This document shows, piece after piece, positions 34,789 through 44,552 of a stretch of DNA of 64,000 bases. The notes under the pieces were generated by a model. It did not search any database, was not told where the DNA came from, and saw nothing but the letters and a program-made list of their open reading frames with translations. How positions within the stretch are numbered: the first letter of the stretch is position 1; the number at the start of each line of letters is the position of its first letter. The DNA lies in the NCBI GenBank assembly GCA_015062545.1, contig SUUL01000001.1, forward strand, positions 27,402 through 91,401. Reading direction: 5' to 3'. The position numbers and the translations under genes are program-made. Source of the stretch: Alphaproteobacteria bacterium. Its GTDB lineage: Bacteria; Pseudomonadota; Alphaproteobacteria; Rs-D84.

Positions 34789-34806
34789 TTCCCGTTGGGA
34801 GTGCCA
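34789..34806 (+). repeat. Exact 18-nt direct repeat of the tRNA-Glu 3' end (TTCCCGTTGGGAGTGCCA), part of a degenerate ~115-bp tandem duplication
   Basis: Identical to 34673-34690. Upstream of it, cacacggttcttgttcactcgg resembles the tRNA T-arm, and the sequence after each copy (tttacagtgctggacaac / tttacagctgaacaaca) is also similar. Confidence 0.7.
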
Positions 34807-34826
34807 AAATTTACAGCTGAACAACA

Positions 34827-35030
34827 ATGACCGCAGAAGATAAAAAATTTTTACAAAATCTATTACCAGGTGCCGCATTTGCAACACTGCTGATTGTCGC
34901 CATGTTCTTGGCAACACATGCATCAAAAAAATCCGATAAAAACAAAACCAACATGACACATAATCATGTTGAAAAAGTTAATACTTTGCAAAATATAAAA
35001 AATAATTTATTTCCTGGGAAATTACGATAA
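34827..35030 (+). CDS. Small membrane protein (1 TM), hypothetical
   Basis: Hydrophobic helix AAFATLLIVAMFLATHA; weak RBS. Confidence 0.3.
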   Translation: MTAEDKKFLQNLLPGAAFATLLIVAMFLATHASKKSDKNKTNMTHNHVEKVNTLQNIKNNLFPGKLR

Positions 35031-35041
35031 GGAAAACATTC

Positions 35042-35617
35042 ATGAAACACGAACCTGTGATAAACAAAAAACTGTTGGCAACTGTTTGTGCCAGTGTTGT
35101 GGGCGCATACGCAGTGGCAACAATCGCACTGGCCACATCGGCACTAATAAACTATGACACACAAGATTACTATTCAAAACATACATTGGAACGTGTCACA
35201 AGGGACTTGCAAAGTGCCAAACAAATGCAAGATTGTGTGTATGAAAAAATAGCACAACAAAGTTATGATACCCTGCACAAAGATATCAAATATCAAAACA
35301 TGATTAAAGAAGCCGACAGAATCGCAGGACAATTATCATGCGCATCATACGATGACAAACCTGCATATTCACGATTGGTAAAAAAATATGACGATATAAC
35401 AGATAAAATCGCACTGCGCGAAGATGAACTGCGCTGCGAATATATCAATAAACATCCAGAAGTAAGACATATAAATGCACGTCTGAACGGTCTTGAGAGA
35501 TACCACGCAAGTATCGCAAAAGAATGTGCAATTCGCGATTCCATCGAACAAATCCCCAGGATACAACGCATAAAATCAAACTGGCGCAAAATAAAAACTG
35601 ACATGAAATTTAGATAA
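35042..35617 (+). CDS. Hypothetical membrane-anchored protein
   Basis: N-terminal TM (LLATVCASVVGAYAVATIALATSALI), then a helical domain; followed by a strong terminator. Confidence 0.5.
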   Translation: MKHEPVINKKLLATVCASVVGAYAVATIALATSALINYDTQDYYSKHTLERVTRDLQSAKQMQDCVYEKIAQQSYDTLHKDIKYQNMIKEADRIAGQLSCASYDDKPAYSRLVKKYDDITDKIALREDELRCEYINKHPEVRHINARLNGLERYHASIAKECAIRDSIEQIPRIQRIKSNWRKIKTDMKFR

Positions 35618-35621
35618 CAAA

Positions 35622-35649
35622 AAAACGCAGAATTAATTCTGCGTTTTTT
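35622..35649. terminator. Bidirectional hairpin terminator
   Basis: aaaacgcagaattaattctgcgtttttt. Confidence 0.7.
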
Positions 35650-36034
35650 ATTGTAATATTGATTTGGCACTTTCCAGTAAACTGATTACCGTATCAATTT
35701 CAGATGTATTTGATAACTGATGTGACACAGGCACAGAAATTGCATCAGAATTTACAGCACCACCCGTTAACAATTCATCCGCAGATGATGGCAAATTACC
35801 ATCACGTAATAATTTTTTTACACCTGCAATCGTTAAACCGTGTGTATATAACAGGTCTTTGATAACGATTAATTTATTAACCGTTTCTGTACGATAATAG
35901 CGGCGACCGCCCGCCCCCGTTGTCGGACGCACAGCAACAGGAAATTGCTTTTCCCAATATCGCAGAGTGTGCGCCGGCACGTTTAACCGCTTGGATACTT
36001 CATTTATAGATGCAAAGTATTCATTGTTTTCCAT
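35648..36034 (-). CDS. MerR-family transcriptional regulator
   Basis: N-terminal HTH (INEVSKRLNVPAHTLRYWEKQF...TGAGGRRYY...VNKLIVIKDLLYTHGLTIAGVKKLL). Confidence 0.7.
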   Translation of the reverse strand: MENNEYFASINEVSKRLNVPAHTLRYWEKQFPVAVRPTTGAGGRRYYRTETVNKLIVIKDLLYTHGLTIAGVKKLLRDGNLPSSADELLTGGAVNSDAISVPVSHQLSNTSEIDTVISLLESAKSILQ

Positions 36035-36049
36035 GCCGGCACCCCATTA

Positions 36050-38788
36050 TTATTCTGATACTGTTTCTGCTGTTGCGACTTCTGCAGTTTCTTCTTCGTC
36101 AGATGCGCCTTCAATAGAAATCGCAGACACAACCTTTTCGTTTTCTGCAGTACGGAACAACGTTACACCCGCAGTTGAACGACCCGCAATGCGAACGTCT
36201 GCGACCGGTGTGCGAATGATTTTTCCACCGTCTGTAACCATGATAATATCCTGGTCGTTTGTTACAGGGAAAGAACCCGCAACCGCTGTATTTTTGCCGC
36301 CCAGTTTAATATTTGTGAATCCGCCACCACCACGATGGGTCAGACGATATTCATAAGAACTGGTGCGTTTACCAAATCCATTTTCAGAAATCGTTAAAAT
36401 GAATTCTTCGCGCGCCGCCATTTCTGACATTTTTGCATCATCCAAAACAAGTGTCGTTGTTTCTTCTTCGGCATCTGCTTCTTCTTCGATACCGGTTTCT
36501 GCACGGCGTGCCGCACGAGATTGTTTGATATATGCCGCACGAACCGCAGAATCAGATTCACCACGATTTAACATCGCCATACCAATAATTCTGTCATCTT
36601 TGCCCAGCGAAATACCACGAACACCGGTTGAATTACGGCCTGCAAAGACGCGAATTTCTGGCACAGGGAAACGAATTGCGCGACCACGATATGTTGCCAA
36701 GAACACGTCTTGATTTTCATTACATGGCAAAACAGAAATCAAACTGTCACCTTCGTCCAATTTCATTGCGATTTTACCGTTTGCACGAATTGAATCAAAG
36801 TCCGACATGCGGTTACGACGAACCGTACCGGACGCAGTTGCAAACATCAAGAAATGTTCAACACCAGATTCCGCAACACGTGCAACGTCTTCTTCGGGTA
36901 CCGGCAAGATTGCAGTAATTGTTTCGCCATTTTCCAAAGGCAACAAGTTCACCAATGGACGACCTTTGGCGGCAGCGGCCGCTTCGGGTAATTTGTATGT
37001 CTTTAATTTATAACACAGGCCCTTGGAGCTAAAGAACAACAATGGCGTGTGCGTATTTGCAACAAACACTTGGACCACATAATCGTCTTCTTTGGTTGCC
37101 ATGGCATTACGGCCTTTGCCACCACGTTTTTGTGCGCGATATGTATCCAATGCAACACGCTTGATATATCCTGTATTTGTGACGGTCACAACCATGTCTT
37201 CACGTGCGATTAAGTCTTCTATATCAATATCAATTTCTGCATCGGAAATTTCTGTACGACGTGGGGACGCCCAATTATCGCGAACGGAAATTGTTTCATC
37301 ACGAATAATTTGGATAATGCGTTCATGACTGCCCAAGATTTCCAACAAGTCACGAATTGTTGCACCCAAAGCGGTCAAATCATCATGAATTTTATCACGT
37401 TCCAGACCAGTCAAACGATGCAGTTGCAATTCCAAAATCGCACGCGCCTGATCTTCGGACATATAGAACATGCCATCTTTATATTCTGTATTTGGATCGT
37501 CAATCAGTTGAATATAAGATTCAATATCAGATGCGCGCCAGCCACGTGCAATTAACGCAGCGCGCGCTTCTTCTGGGTTTGGACTGGACTTAATCAATTC
37601 AATAACTTCGTCCAGGTTACCCACCGCAACAGACAAGCCCAACAAAGTATGTGCACGATTGCGCGCCTTGTTCAAATCAAATATTGTACGGCGGCGAATA
37701 ACTTCGGCACGGAATTCAATAAACGCGTCCAGTACCCCACGAACATTGAACAACATTGGACGACCACGATTCAACGCCATCATGTTTACAGGGAAATTCG
37801 TTTGCATTTCTGTGTATTGGAACAAGTGATTCAATACAACATCCGCAATCGCATCACGCTTTAATTCAATAACAATACGCAAGCCTTCCTTGGATGATTC
37901 GTCACGAATTTCAGAAATACCTTCTATGCGCTTGTCTTTAATCAATTCTGCGATTTTGATAATCATTTGCGCCTTGTTAACCTGATAAGGAATTTCATCA
38001 ACGACAATCGCCTGATGATCACGAAAATCTTCGATATGTGTCTTGGAACGGATAATGATTGAACCGCGCCCAGTAGTGTGCGCTTTGTACGCACCGGCAT
38101 GCCCCATAATCATCGCCCCCGTTGGGAAATCGGGTCCCGGGATAATTGTAAACAATTCATCATCCGTCAGGTCTTTGTTATCCAAAACCGCCAAAATACC
38201 ATTACAGATTTCGCCCAAGTTATACGTTGGTACATTTGTTGCCATACCAACCGCAATACCAGAACCACCATTTACCAAGAAATTTGGAAACTTGGTTGGC
38301 AATACAACAGGTTCCTGCAACGAACCGTCAAAGTTCGGCATCCAATCAACCGTATCTTTGTCCATATCGTCCATCAATGACGCACCCAATTTTGACAAGC
38401 GCGCTTCGGTATAACGCATGGCCGCGGCCTTGTCCCCGTCACGCGAACCAAAGTTACCCTGCCCTTGGACCAACATTTCCCCCATAGAGAAATCTTGCCC
38501 CATACGAACCATAGCCTCGTAAATAGAACTGTCACCGTGTGGGTGATATTTACCCATAACATCACCGACAATACGTGCAGATTTAACGGTCGGTTTGGTT
38601 GCAGGCGCAACATCATTCATAACATACAGAATTCTGCGGTGTACAGGCTTGCATCCGTCACGAACATCTGGCAACGCACGATCCACAATAACCGACATCG
38701 CATAGTCCAAGAAACTGGTACGCATTTCGTGTTCCAACGATGACTGTGGAACGCGGATTTCATTTACTTCATTGATATTTTCTGACAT
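36050..38788 (-). CDS. gyrA: DNA gyrase subunit A
   Basis: Active-site region ([11 protein letters not shown]), QRDR-like segment ([19 protein letters not shown]), C-terminal beta-pinwheel repeats. Start at MSENINEV with an AAGG RBS. Confidence 0.95.
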   Translation of the reverse strand: MSENINEVNEIRVPQSSLEHEMRTSFLDYAMSVIVDRALPDVRDGCKPVHRRILYVMNDVAPATKPTVKSARIVGDVMGKYHPHGDSSIYEAMVRMGQDFSMGEMLVQGQGNFGSRDGDKAAAMRYTEARLSKLGASLMDDMDKDTVDWMPNFDGSLQEPVVLPTKFPNFLVNGGSGIAVGMATNVPTYNLGEICNGILAVLDNKDLTDDELFTIIPGPDFPTGAMIMGHAGAYKAHTTGRGSIIIRSKTHIEDFRDHQAIVVDEIPYQVNKAQMIIKIAELIKDKRIEGISEIRDESSKEGLRIVIELKRDAIADVVLNHLFQYTEMQTNFPVNMMALNRGRPMLFNVRGVLDAFIEFRAEVIRRRTIFDLNKARNRAHTLLGLSVAVGNLDEVIELIKSSPNPEEARAALIARGWRASDIESYIQLIDDPNTEYKDGMFYMSEDQARAILELQLHRLTGLERDKIHDDLTALGATIRDLLEILGSHERIIQIIRDETISVRDNWASPRRTEISDAEIDIDIEDLIAREDMVVTVTNTGYIKRVALDTYRAQKRGGKGRNAMATKEDDYVVQVFVANTHTPLLFFSSKGLCYKLKTYKLPEAAAAAKGRPLVNLLPLENGETITAILPVPEEDVARVAESGVEHFLMFATASGTVRRNRMSDFDSIRANGKIAMKLDEGDSLISVLPCNENQDVFLATYRGRAIRFPVPEIRVFAGRNSTGVRGISLGKDDRIIGMAMLNRGESDSAVRAAYIKQSRAARRAETGIEEEADAEEETTTLVLDDAKMSEMAAREEFILTISENGFGKRTSSYEYRLTHRGGGGFTNIKLGGKNTAVAGSFPVTNDQDIIMVTDGGKIIRTPVADVRIAGRSTAGVTLFRTAENEKVVSAISIEGASDEEETAEVATAETVSE

Positions 38789-38830
38789 ACTTACCTTTCC
38801 TATGTTTTTAACATATAAAACATAGCAGAT

Positions 38831-38864
38831 TTTTGGGCTTTTCGTCAAGAAATAAAGCCCAAAA
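38831..38864. promoter_or_regulatory. Long inverted repeat TTTTGGGCTTT-N12-AAAGCCCAAAA in the gyrA upstream region
   Basis: 11-bp arms read directly, followed by TTGACA-N17-TACAAT on the plus strand. Confidence 0.4.
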
Positions 38865-38930
38865 AATTAGTTGACAAAATATCAGTTGGCAGTACAATCT
38901 AACACAATAAAAAACAAGGATTAGCTAGCC

Positions 38931-39116
38931 ATGAAAAAATTAAGCGAGCCACTGACCGAAGCACTGATAATCGCACAACAATTACAAGAAGACAACAGCT
39001 ATCCATACGTAACACGCTGCAGTCTAAAGGCACAAGAATTCTTTTTAAGACGTATGCTGATTGCAGTAAGACGTATTGAACAAATCAAAACAAAAGCACG
39101 CGCTAAACACAGATAA
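38931..39116 (+). CDS. Small hypothetical protein
   Basis: 61 aa; TTGACA-N17-TACAAT promoter upstream; weak RBS. Confidence 0.3.
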   Translation: MKKLSEPLTEALIIAQQLQEDNSYPYVTRCSLKAQEFFLRRMLIAVRRIEQIKTKARAKHR

Positions 39117-39369
39117 CCCAAGGACACACATAATGTTTTTACCCTTTTGGAAAATGTTTGAAGTTATTTTTATATACCATTTGATGTTAGAAGGCTTGAA
39201 AAAGGTCGGTTTGGTAAAATCTAAATAAAAATAAATAAAAAGGTTGCGTTTTTATAAAACGTATGATTAAATAGGGGCACAAACGGATTTTTCCAGGGTG
39301 CTGATGATGCTGCTCGGTGCACTTTGGAACGAAGAAAAAAAGACAGACAATAAACGAAGGATTTAAGTC

Positions 39370-39522
39370 ATGGCAACAAAACGTACATATCAACCATCCA
39401 AGACACGCCGTGTTCGCACACACGGGTTCCGTGTACGTATGGCAACCGCCGGTGGTCGCGATGTTCTGAATCGCCGCCGCGCAACTGGTCGTAAAAGATT
39501 GGCTGTGAATGCAGCAAATTAA
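39370..39522 (+). CDS. rpmH: 50S ribosomal protein L34
   Basis: [46 protein letters not shown]... translated by hand; AAGGA RBS; a terminator follows. Not on the ORF track because it is shorter than 60 aa. Confidence 0.85.
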   Translation: MATKRTYQPSKTRRVRTHGFRVRMATAGGRDVLNRRRATGRKRLAVNAAN

Positions 39523-39552
39523 AAAACCGCCAAAAGGCGGTTTTTTTATACC
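39523..39552. terminator. Bidirectional hairpin terminator
   Basis: aaaaaccgccaaaaggcggttttttt. Confidence 0.7.
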
Positions 39553-40274
39553 TTTTCCCAATGACAAATTACAACAGCATGTTCTGTATCACCACTGCGG
39601 ATTTTGTGACGTGACACCAGACCATCAATCGCAACATCAATGCAAATCTCTGGCACATCCAAGCTGACTTCTTTCTTGAAATTTATATCAATCTTTTTCA
39701 ATTTGTGTTCCGTGCGATATTTATAACCAACACTTTCTGTTGCCCACACCGCATAGACCGCATTGTTTATATGCTGATTCACATCAATATCATCAAAACG
39801 ACATTTCATAACGTGTGTCTTGTTTGTTTCAAAATCTGGGAATTTTTCAAACGCACACCCGTATGCGCGATGCGGCACAACAACATCAGGTGACAAATGA
39901 TTCGCCAATGGCACTGGACGGCGGCGTGTCATATCAATCAGTATCCATTGGGATGTCGCACGCACCATCAAACGACCATCTGCACCGTGAATTTCAAAAT
40001 CACGGGTGGCACGCAGGGCATCTTGGCATGATGGCCATGTGGTAAACGTCAGCTCTTCACCTTCGCGTGGTAATTCAACAATATCAACAAGGTAATACAT
40101 AACAACCCAACCGACATTGTTTTCCAAACAATATGTACGACCACAGCCCAAAATTTCAGCATGACGGTCGGCAATAGATTGTAATTCATTCATCAAAATC
40201 AATGGACGAACATTGCCAAATCTGTCGCACTGATATGCTTGCAGCACACGCTTTTCAGTTAATTTATCCGCCAT
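39546..40274 (-). CDS. Acyl-ACP thioesterase (FatA/FatB-like, double hotdog)
   Basis: DIDVNQHINNAVYAVW matches the conserved Fat thioesterase NQHVNN motif; 242 aa. Confidence 0.75.
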   Translation of the reverse strand: MADKLTEKRVLQAYQCDRFGNVRPLILMNELQSIADRHAEILGCGRTYCLENNVGWVVMYYLVDIVELPREGEELTFTTWPSCQDALRATRDFEIHGADGRLMVRATSQWILIDMTRRRPVPLANHLSPDVVVPHRAYGCAFEKFPDFETNKTHVMKCRFDDIDVNQHINNAVYAVWATESVGYKYRTEHKLKKIDINFKKEVSLDVPEICIDVAIDGLVSRHKIRSGDTEHAVVICHWEKV

Positions 40275-40277
40275 GGT

Positions 40278-42680
40278 TTACCCCTGAATATTTTGTGCAA
40301 CAACAAAGTCCAATGTGTCACCCAACGTAATCGCATTTGCACGCGCCGCAGACTTTATCAAGCCATGCAAGATGTCCGGTGTATCTGATGGGATTGTTAA
40401 CATTTCCAATTTTGCACCGTTACCAACCTTGCGATCTGTGCGCAAACCACGGATATTTTTCAATATTTCCAGCGCAATATTCATTTGTTCCACATCTGTG
40501 TCATATTCAGATTTTACAGTTGGGTATTCGGTCAAATGCAATGTTTCACCACCTTCAAAAGGTTTATAAATCTTCTGCCACAGTTCTTCGGTCAAGAACG
40601 GAATAAATGGTGCATACAAACCGATTATTGCGCGCAAGACCGTATATAACGTCCATTGGGCAGACAATTTTGATTCCGCACTGTATTTTTCAGGTGCCCA
40701 GAAACGGTCTTTGATAAATTCTAAATACTGGTCACAGAAAATATCCCAGAAGAATGTATCAATCGCAGCACGTGAATTATAGTTGTCATACTTATCCAAA
40801 TACTTTCTGGTTTCAGCAATTGTTTTGTTCAATTCTGATAATACCCATCTGTCTTCGATAAAACGTTCGGACACCGGAATTTGTTTTGCGGTCGCCGGTT
40901 CAAAGTCAGATAAATTCATCAATACATACTTTGATGCATTCCATAACTTGGTCAGCAACTTGGAACCACGTTTTACTTCGTCATCAGAATAACGCAAGTC
41001 TGTACCAATGGGCGCAGTTGCAATCCAATAACGCAACGCATCTGAACCAAACTTGTCAACAGACGTTAATGGATCTGTACCATTCCCCTTGGTCTTGGAC
41101 ATTTTCTGCCCCTTGGAATCACGAATCAAACCGTGGAAGTTTACCGTACGGAATGGAACATCACCCATAACATACAAGCCCATCATTATCATACGCGCAA
41201 CCCAGAAGAATATAATGTCTGCACCGGTGTACAATAAATCCGTTGGATAATATTTCTTTAATTCCAATGTTTCTTCTGGCCAACCCAATGTTGAAAATGG
41301 CCATAACCCAGATGAAAACCATGTATCCAATACGTCTGGGTCACGTGTTAACGATTTACCACCAGACATTTCGATTGCCGCGCTTTCGGTTTCTGCAACA
41401 TAAACATTACCATCGGCATCATACCATGCAGGAATGTGATGCCCCCACCACAACTGACGTGAAATTGTCCAAGGACGAATGTTTTTCATCCATGCCATAA
41501 ACAGGTTATAACGATGTTCCGGCAAGAATTTTATTTTGCCTTCTTCAACCGCCTTTATTGCAGGAATCGCCAACTTTTCTGCATCCACAAACCATTGGTC
41601 CGTCAAGTATGGTTCAACAGGAACTTGGGCGCGTTCAGAATATGGCGTTGGAATAATTTTATCTTCTATTTTTACCAACAAGCCCGCCGCCTCAATATCT
41701 GCAACGATGGCCGCGCGTGCCGCGTATCTGTCCATGCCACGATATTTTTCTGGAACAACCGGATTATCATTTAACTTGGCATCGGGGGTCAATATACAAA
41801 CCGGTGTCAAGTTATGACGCAGACCCACTTCCCAGTCATCAAAGTCATGCGCAGGTGTAATTTTAACCGCGCCTGTACCCTTTTCTGGGTCTGCATGTTC
41901 GTCACCAATAATCGGAATTTCAATATCTGTTAATGGAATAATTGCTTTCTGACCAATCAGATGATTTAACTTTTCATTTTCTGGATGAACCGCAATCGCC
42001 TGGTCACCAAACAGTGTTTCAGGACGTGTTGTCGCGATTTCAATTACACCACCATCAACCAATGGATAGTTAAAGTAATAAAACTTGCCCTTTTCATCAC
42101 GCGTTTCCACCTCTAAATCCGAAACAGAGGTTTGCTGTTTTGGACACCAGTTTACCAAACGCTTTTCACGGTAAATCAAACCTTCGTTATACATTTTTAC
42201 AAACAGTTTTGTTACCGCACTGGACAAACCTTCATCCATTGTAAAACGCTCACGTGACCATACAGGGGTTACACCCAAAACATGTAACTGATTCATAATT
42301 TGCCCGCCCTTGTCCGCCTTCCATGCCCAGGCATAATCTAACTTTTCCTGTAAAGACAAGGCATGTGGATTAATACCACGTTTGGATAAATCGCGTTCAA
42401 CCAACAACTGGGTCGCGATTGATGCATGATCGGTTCCAGGCTGCCACAATACATCAAAGCCAGACATACGTTTATAACGACACATAATATCCGTAAGAAC
42501 ATTGTCCAACGCATGTCCCATGTGCAAATTGCCAGTTACATTTGGTGGTGGCATCATAATACAAAACGGTGTCTTGTCAGACTTTACATCGTTTGCCCAG
42601 AAATTATTTTTATCCCAAAATTCTTGGATTCTGGTTTCTATTTCGCGTGGCGCAATATTTTTACCAAGTTCTATATTCAT
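40278..42680 (-). CDS. valS: Valyl-tRNA synthetase (compact, 800 aa, no C-terminal coiled-coil)
   Basis: HMGH (PPNVTGNLHMGHAL), KMSKS (KMSKTKGN), CP1 editing domain. Confidence 0.95.
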   Translation of the reverse strand: MNIELGKNIAPREIETRIQEFWDKNNFWANDVKSDKTPFCIMMPPPNVTGNLHMGHALDNVLTDIMCRYKRMSGFDVLWQPGTDHASIATQLLVERDLSKRGINPHALSLQEKLDYAWAWKADKGGQIMNQLHVLGVTPVWSRERFTMDEGLSSAVTKLFVKMYNEGLIYREKRLVNWCPKQQTSVSDLEVETRDEKGKFYYFNYPLVDGGVIEIATTRPETLFGDQAIAVHPENEKLNHLIGQKAIIPLTDIEIPIIGDEHADPEKGTGAVKITPAHDFDDWEVGLRHNLTPVCILTPDAKLNDNPVVPEKYRGMDRYAARAAIVADIEAAGLLVKIEDKIIPTPYSERAQVPVEPYLTDQWFVDAEKLAIPAIKAVEEGKIKFLPEHRYNLFMAWMKNIRPWTISRQLWWGHHIPAWYDADGNVYVAETESAAIEMSGGKSLTRDPDVLDTWFSSGLWPFSTLGWPEETLELKKYYPTDLLYTGADIIFFWVARMIMMGLYVMGDVPFRTVNFHGLIRDSKGQKMSKTKGNGTDPLTSVDKFGSDALRYWIATAPIGTDLRYSDDEVKRGSKLLTKLWNASKYVLMNLSDFEPATAKQIPVSERFIEDRWVLSELNKTIAETRKYLDKYDNYNSRAAIDTFFWDIFCDQYLEFIKDRFWAPEKYSAESKLSAQWTLYTVLRAIIGLYAPFIPFLTEELWQKIYKPFEGGETLHLTEYPTVKSEYDTDVEQMNIALEILKNIRGLRTDRKVGNGAKLEMLTIPSDTPDILHGLIKSAARANAITLGDTLDFVVAQNIQG

Positions 42681-42773
42681 TTTTGTCGTCCTGTTTTATA
42701 AAAAAATAATCTGATGGTTATCGTATCAGATTAAATTCAGAATTCAAGAAAAACCCGCCATTTGGCGGGCGTT

Positions 42774-43313
42774 TTACTTTTTCTTTTTGTTACTGATTTC
42801 CACAGGCTGCCATGTGGAAGTATCCAGGTTACGTATTTCTTCGGGCAAAGATTCAGAATCCATCAATTCCCAATGCTGTGTACGACCAATCGGACCGATT
42901 TTACCACGAACGTTTAATATAGGTTCTGCATCTTGCCAGATAATACTGGCATAATTTTTTCCAGACTTGGGATCCAAGATGCGCCCACCTTTGTATCTGC
43001 CTTCTTCTGCGTCCCAATCCATACGCCACAAGATGTCCATACCAACCATTTTTGGACTGCCCGTTACTTTGTCAGCAACACGTTCTGGATTCTTTAATGT
43101 TTCAGACAGACCGCCTGCTTCGTCAAACAACGCAACAATACGCCCCGCCAAATTGCTCTTTTTACCATGCTGATATTCATACAACACAACAATAGATTTT
43201 GCCATGCCTGTTTCATCATCAATGGTTTTATATGTACCAACATACGGCAACGCCGCCCCAGCAATCGCAGGCATAAATATCGCCAACAATACAGATAAAA
43301 TTTTTGCTTTCAT
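42774..43313 (-). CDS. DUF2147-family secreted protein
   Basis: Signal peptide; GRILDPKSGKNYASIIW...RGKIGPIGRTQHWEL matches the DUF2147 consensus; start at MKAKILS with a GGGGG RBS. Confidence 0.6.
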   Translation of the reverse strand: MKAKILSVLLAIFMPAIAGAALPYVGTYKTIDDETGMAKSIVVLYEYQHGKKSNLAGRIVALFDEAGGLSETLKNPERVADKVTGSPKMVGMDILWRMDWDAEEGRYKGGRILDPKSGKNYASIIWQDAEPILNVRGKIGPIGRTQHWELMDSESLPEEIRNLDTSTWQPVEISNKKKK

Positions 43314-43425
43314 ATATTTTCCCCCTTTGTGATATTGGACATATAAAACTGTAGCCAAACTATTTATTTTTTTCAAGAAGATAAAAAGTTGACAATCAAT
43401 ATATTTGTATTATTATCATAACAAC

Positions 43426-43830
43426 ATGAACAACCAGAAAAAACCTTTTATTCCATTGTCTGACGATATGGTGCCATTTATTCACTCGCTGATTGACAGC
43501 AGCCCGGTGTCTGTTAAATACGATAACAGCGCCGTTATCTATGAAATGTGCATTGTGGGCGACAGATACATGGAATTGTCACGCGATTTCTTTACAAACG
43601 ATAATAAAACTATCGAAGTTGAATACAATATATTTATTTATGAAAAAGACACGAAATATGAAGAAAATGTAGCGACCATGACCCTGCCCGCCAATCGCAG
43701 AATCTTTACGCCACGTGAACAAAAAATTATTGACGTTTTTAATGCTTGTTCCAAACGTGTCATCCAACAAGAAATGCACCTGTTACAAAATAAATTTATA
43801 TTGCTATCATCAGAATATACCCACAATTAA
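43426..43830 (+). CDS. Hypothetical protein
   Basis: About 134 aa, no motif recognised. Confidence 0.35.
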   Translation: MNNQKKPFIPLSDDMVPFIHSLIDSSPVSVKYDNSAVIYEMCIVGDRYMELSRDFFTNDNKTIEVEYNIFIYEKDTKYEENVATMTLPANRRIFTPREQKIIDVFNACSKRVIQQEMHLLQNKFILLSSEYTHN

Positions 43831-44552
43831 TACGTACGCGCAACGCGACAGAATGTTACACCATACACCGCAGACGCACCCGCACGTATCAACACACGGC
43901 GTAATTCCGAAAACGTTGCACCGGTGGTCATTACATCATCAACCAACAAAATCTTGCGACCACGAATCGCATCTGGGTTTACAACAGAAAACACACCATG
44001 TATATTTTCTGCACGTTGATGCGCATTTTTATGCCCCATGTCTGGTCTGTATTTACGGCGAACAGAATCAACATCCATTTTTACACCCAACGCATGCGCG
44101 ATTGGACGTGCCAATAATGTCGCCTGATTATATCCACGTTTGAACAAGCGACCACGCGCCAATGGAACCGGCATAACAATATCTGCATCAATATTATCAA
44201 TATCACGCAACGCCCAAATCATTGCACGCGACATAAAGCGCGAATAAAGAACACGACCACCATGCTTGAACGGCAACATGGCCGATCGTGACACATCATC
44301 ATACACACATGCACTGCGTATCCAATCCAGTTCGTTTTGACCAGATGCACATACCGGGCATAGTGCGCCATCTGGTAAATCTAAATCCATCGGAAATGGA
44401 TAACCACAACATGCACATTTTGGCCCCGAAATCCATGCAAACACAGACCAACAATCAGAACACAGTTCACCATGAACAGATACCGGCGCATCACACAATG
44501 GACACGCCGGTGGAAATAAAAATTCAATAATTTTATTAAAAATATTTACCAC
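43827..44552 (-). CDS. comF: ComF-family phosphoribosyltransferase-domain protein
   Basis: N-terminal zinc finger (CPLCDAPV...CSDCW...CACCG) and PRT motif KILLVDDVMTTGATF. Confidence 0.7.
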   Translation of the reverse strand: MVNIFNKIIEFLFPPACPLCDAPVSVHGELCSDCWSVFAWISGPKCACCGYPFPMDLDLPDGALCPVCASGQNELDWIRSACVYDDVSRSAMLPFKHGGRVLYSRFMSRAMIWALRDIDNIDADIVMPVPLARGRLFKRGYNQATLLARPIAHALGVKMDVDSVRRKYRPDMGHKNAHQRAENIHGVFSVVNPDAIRGRKILLVDDVMTTGATFSELRRVLIRAGASAVYGVTFCRVARTY

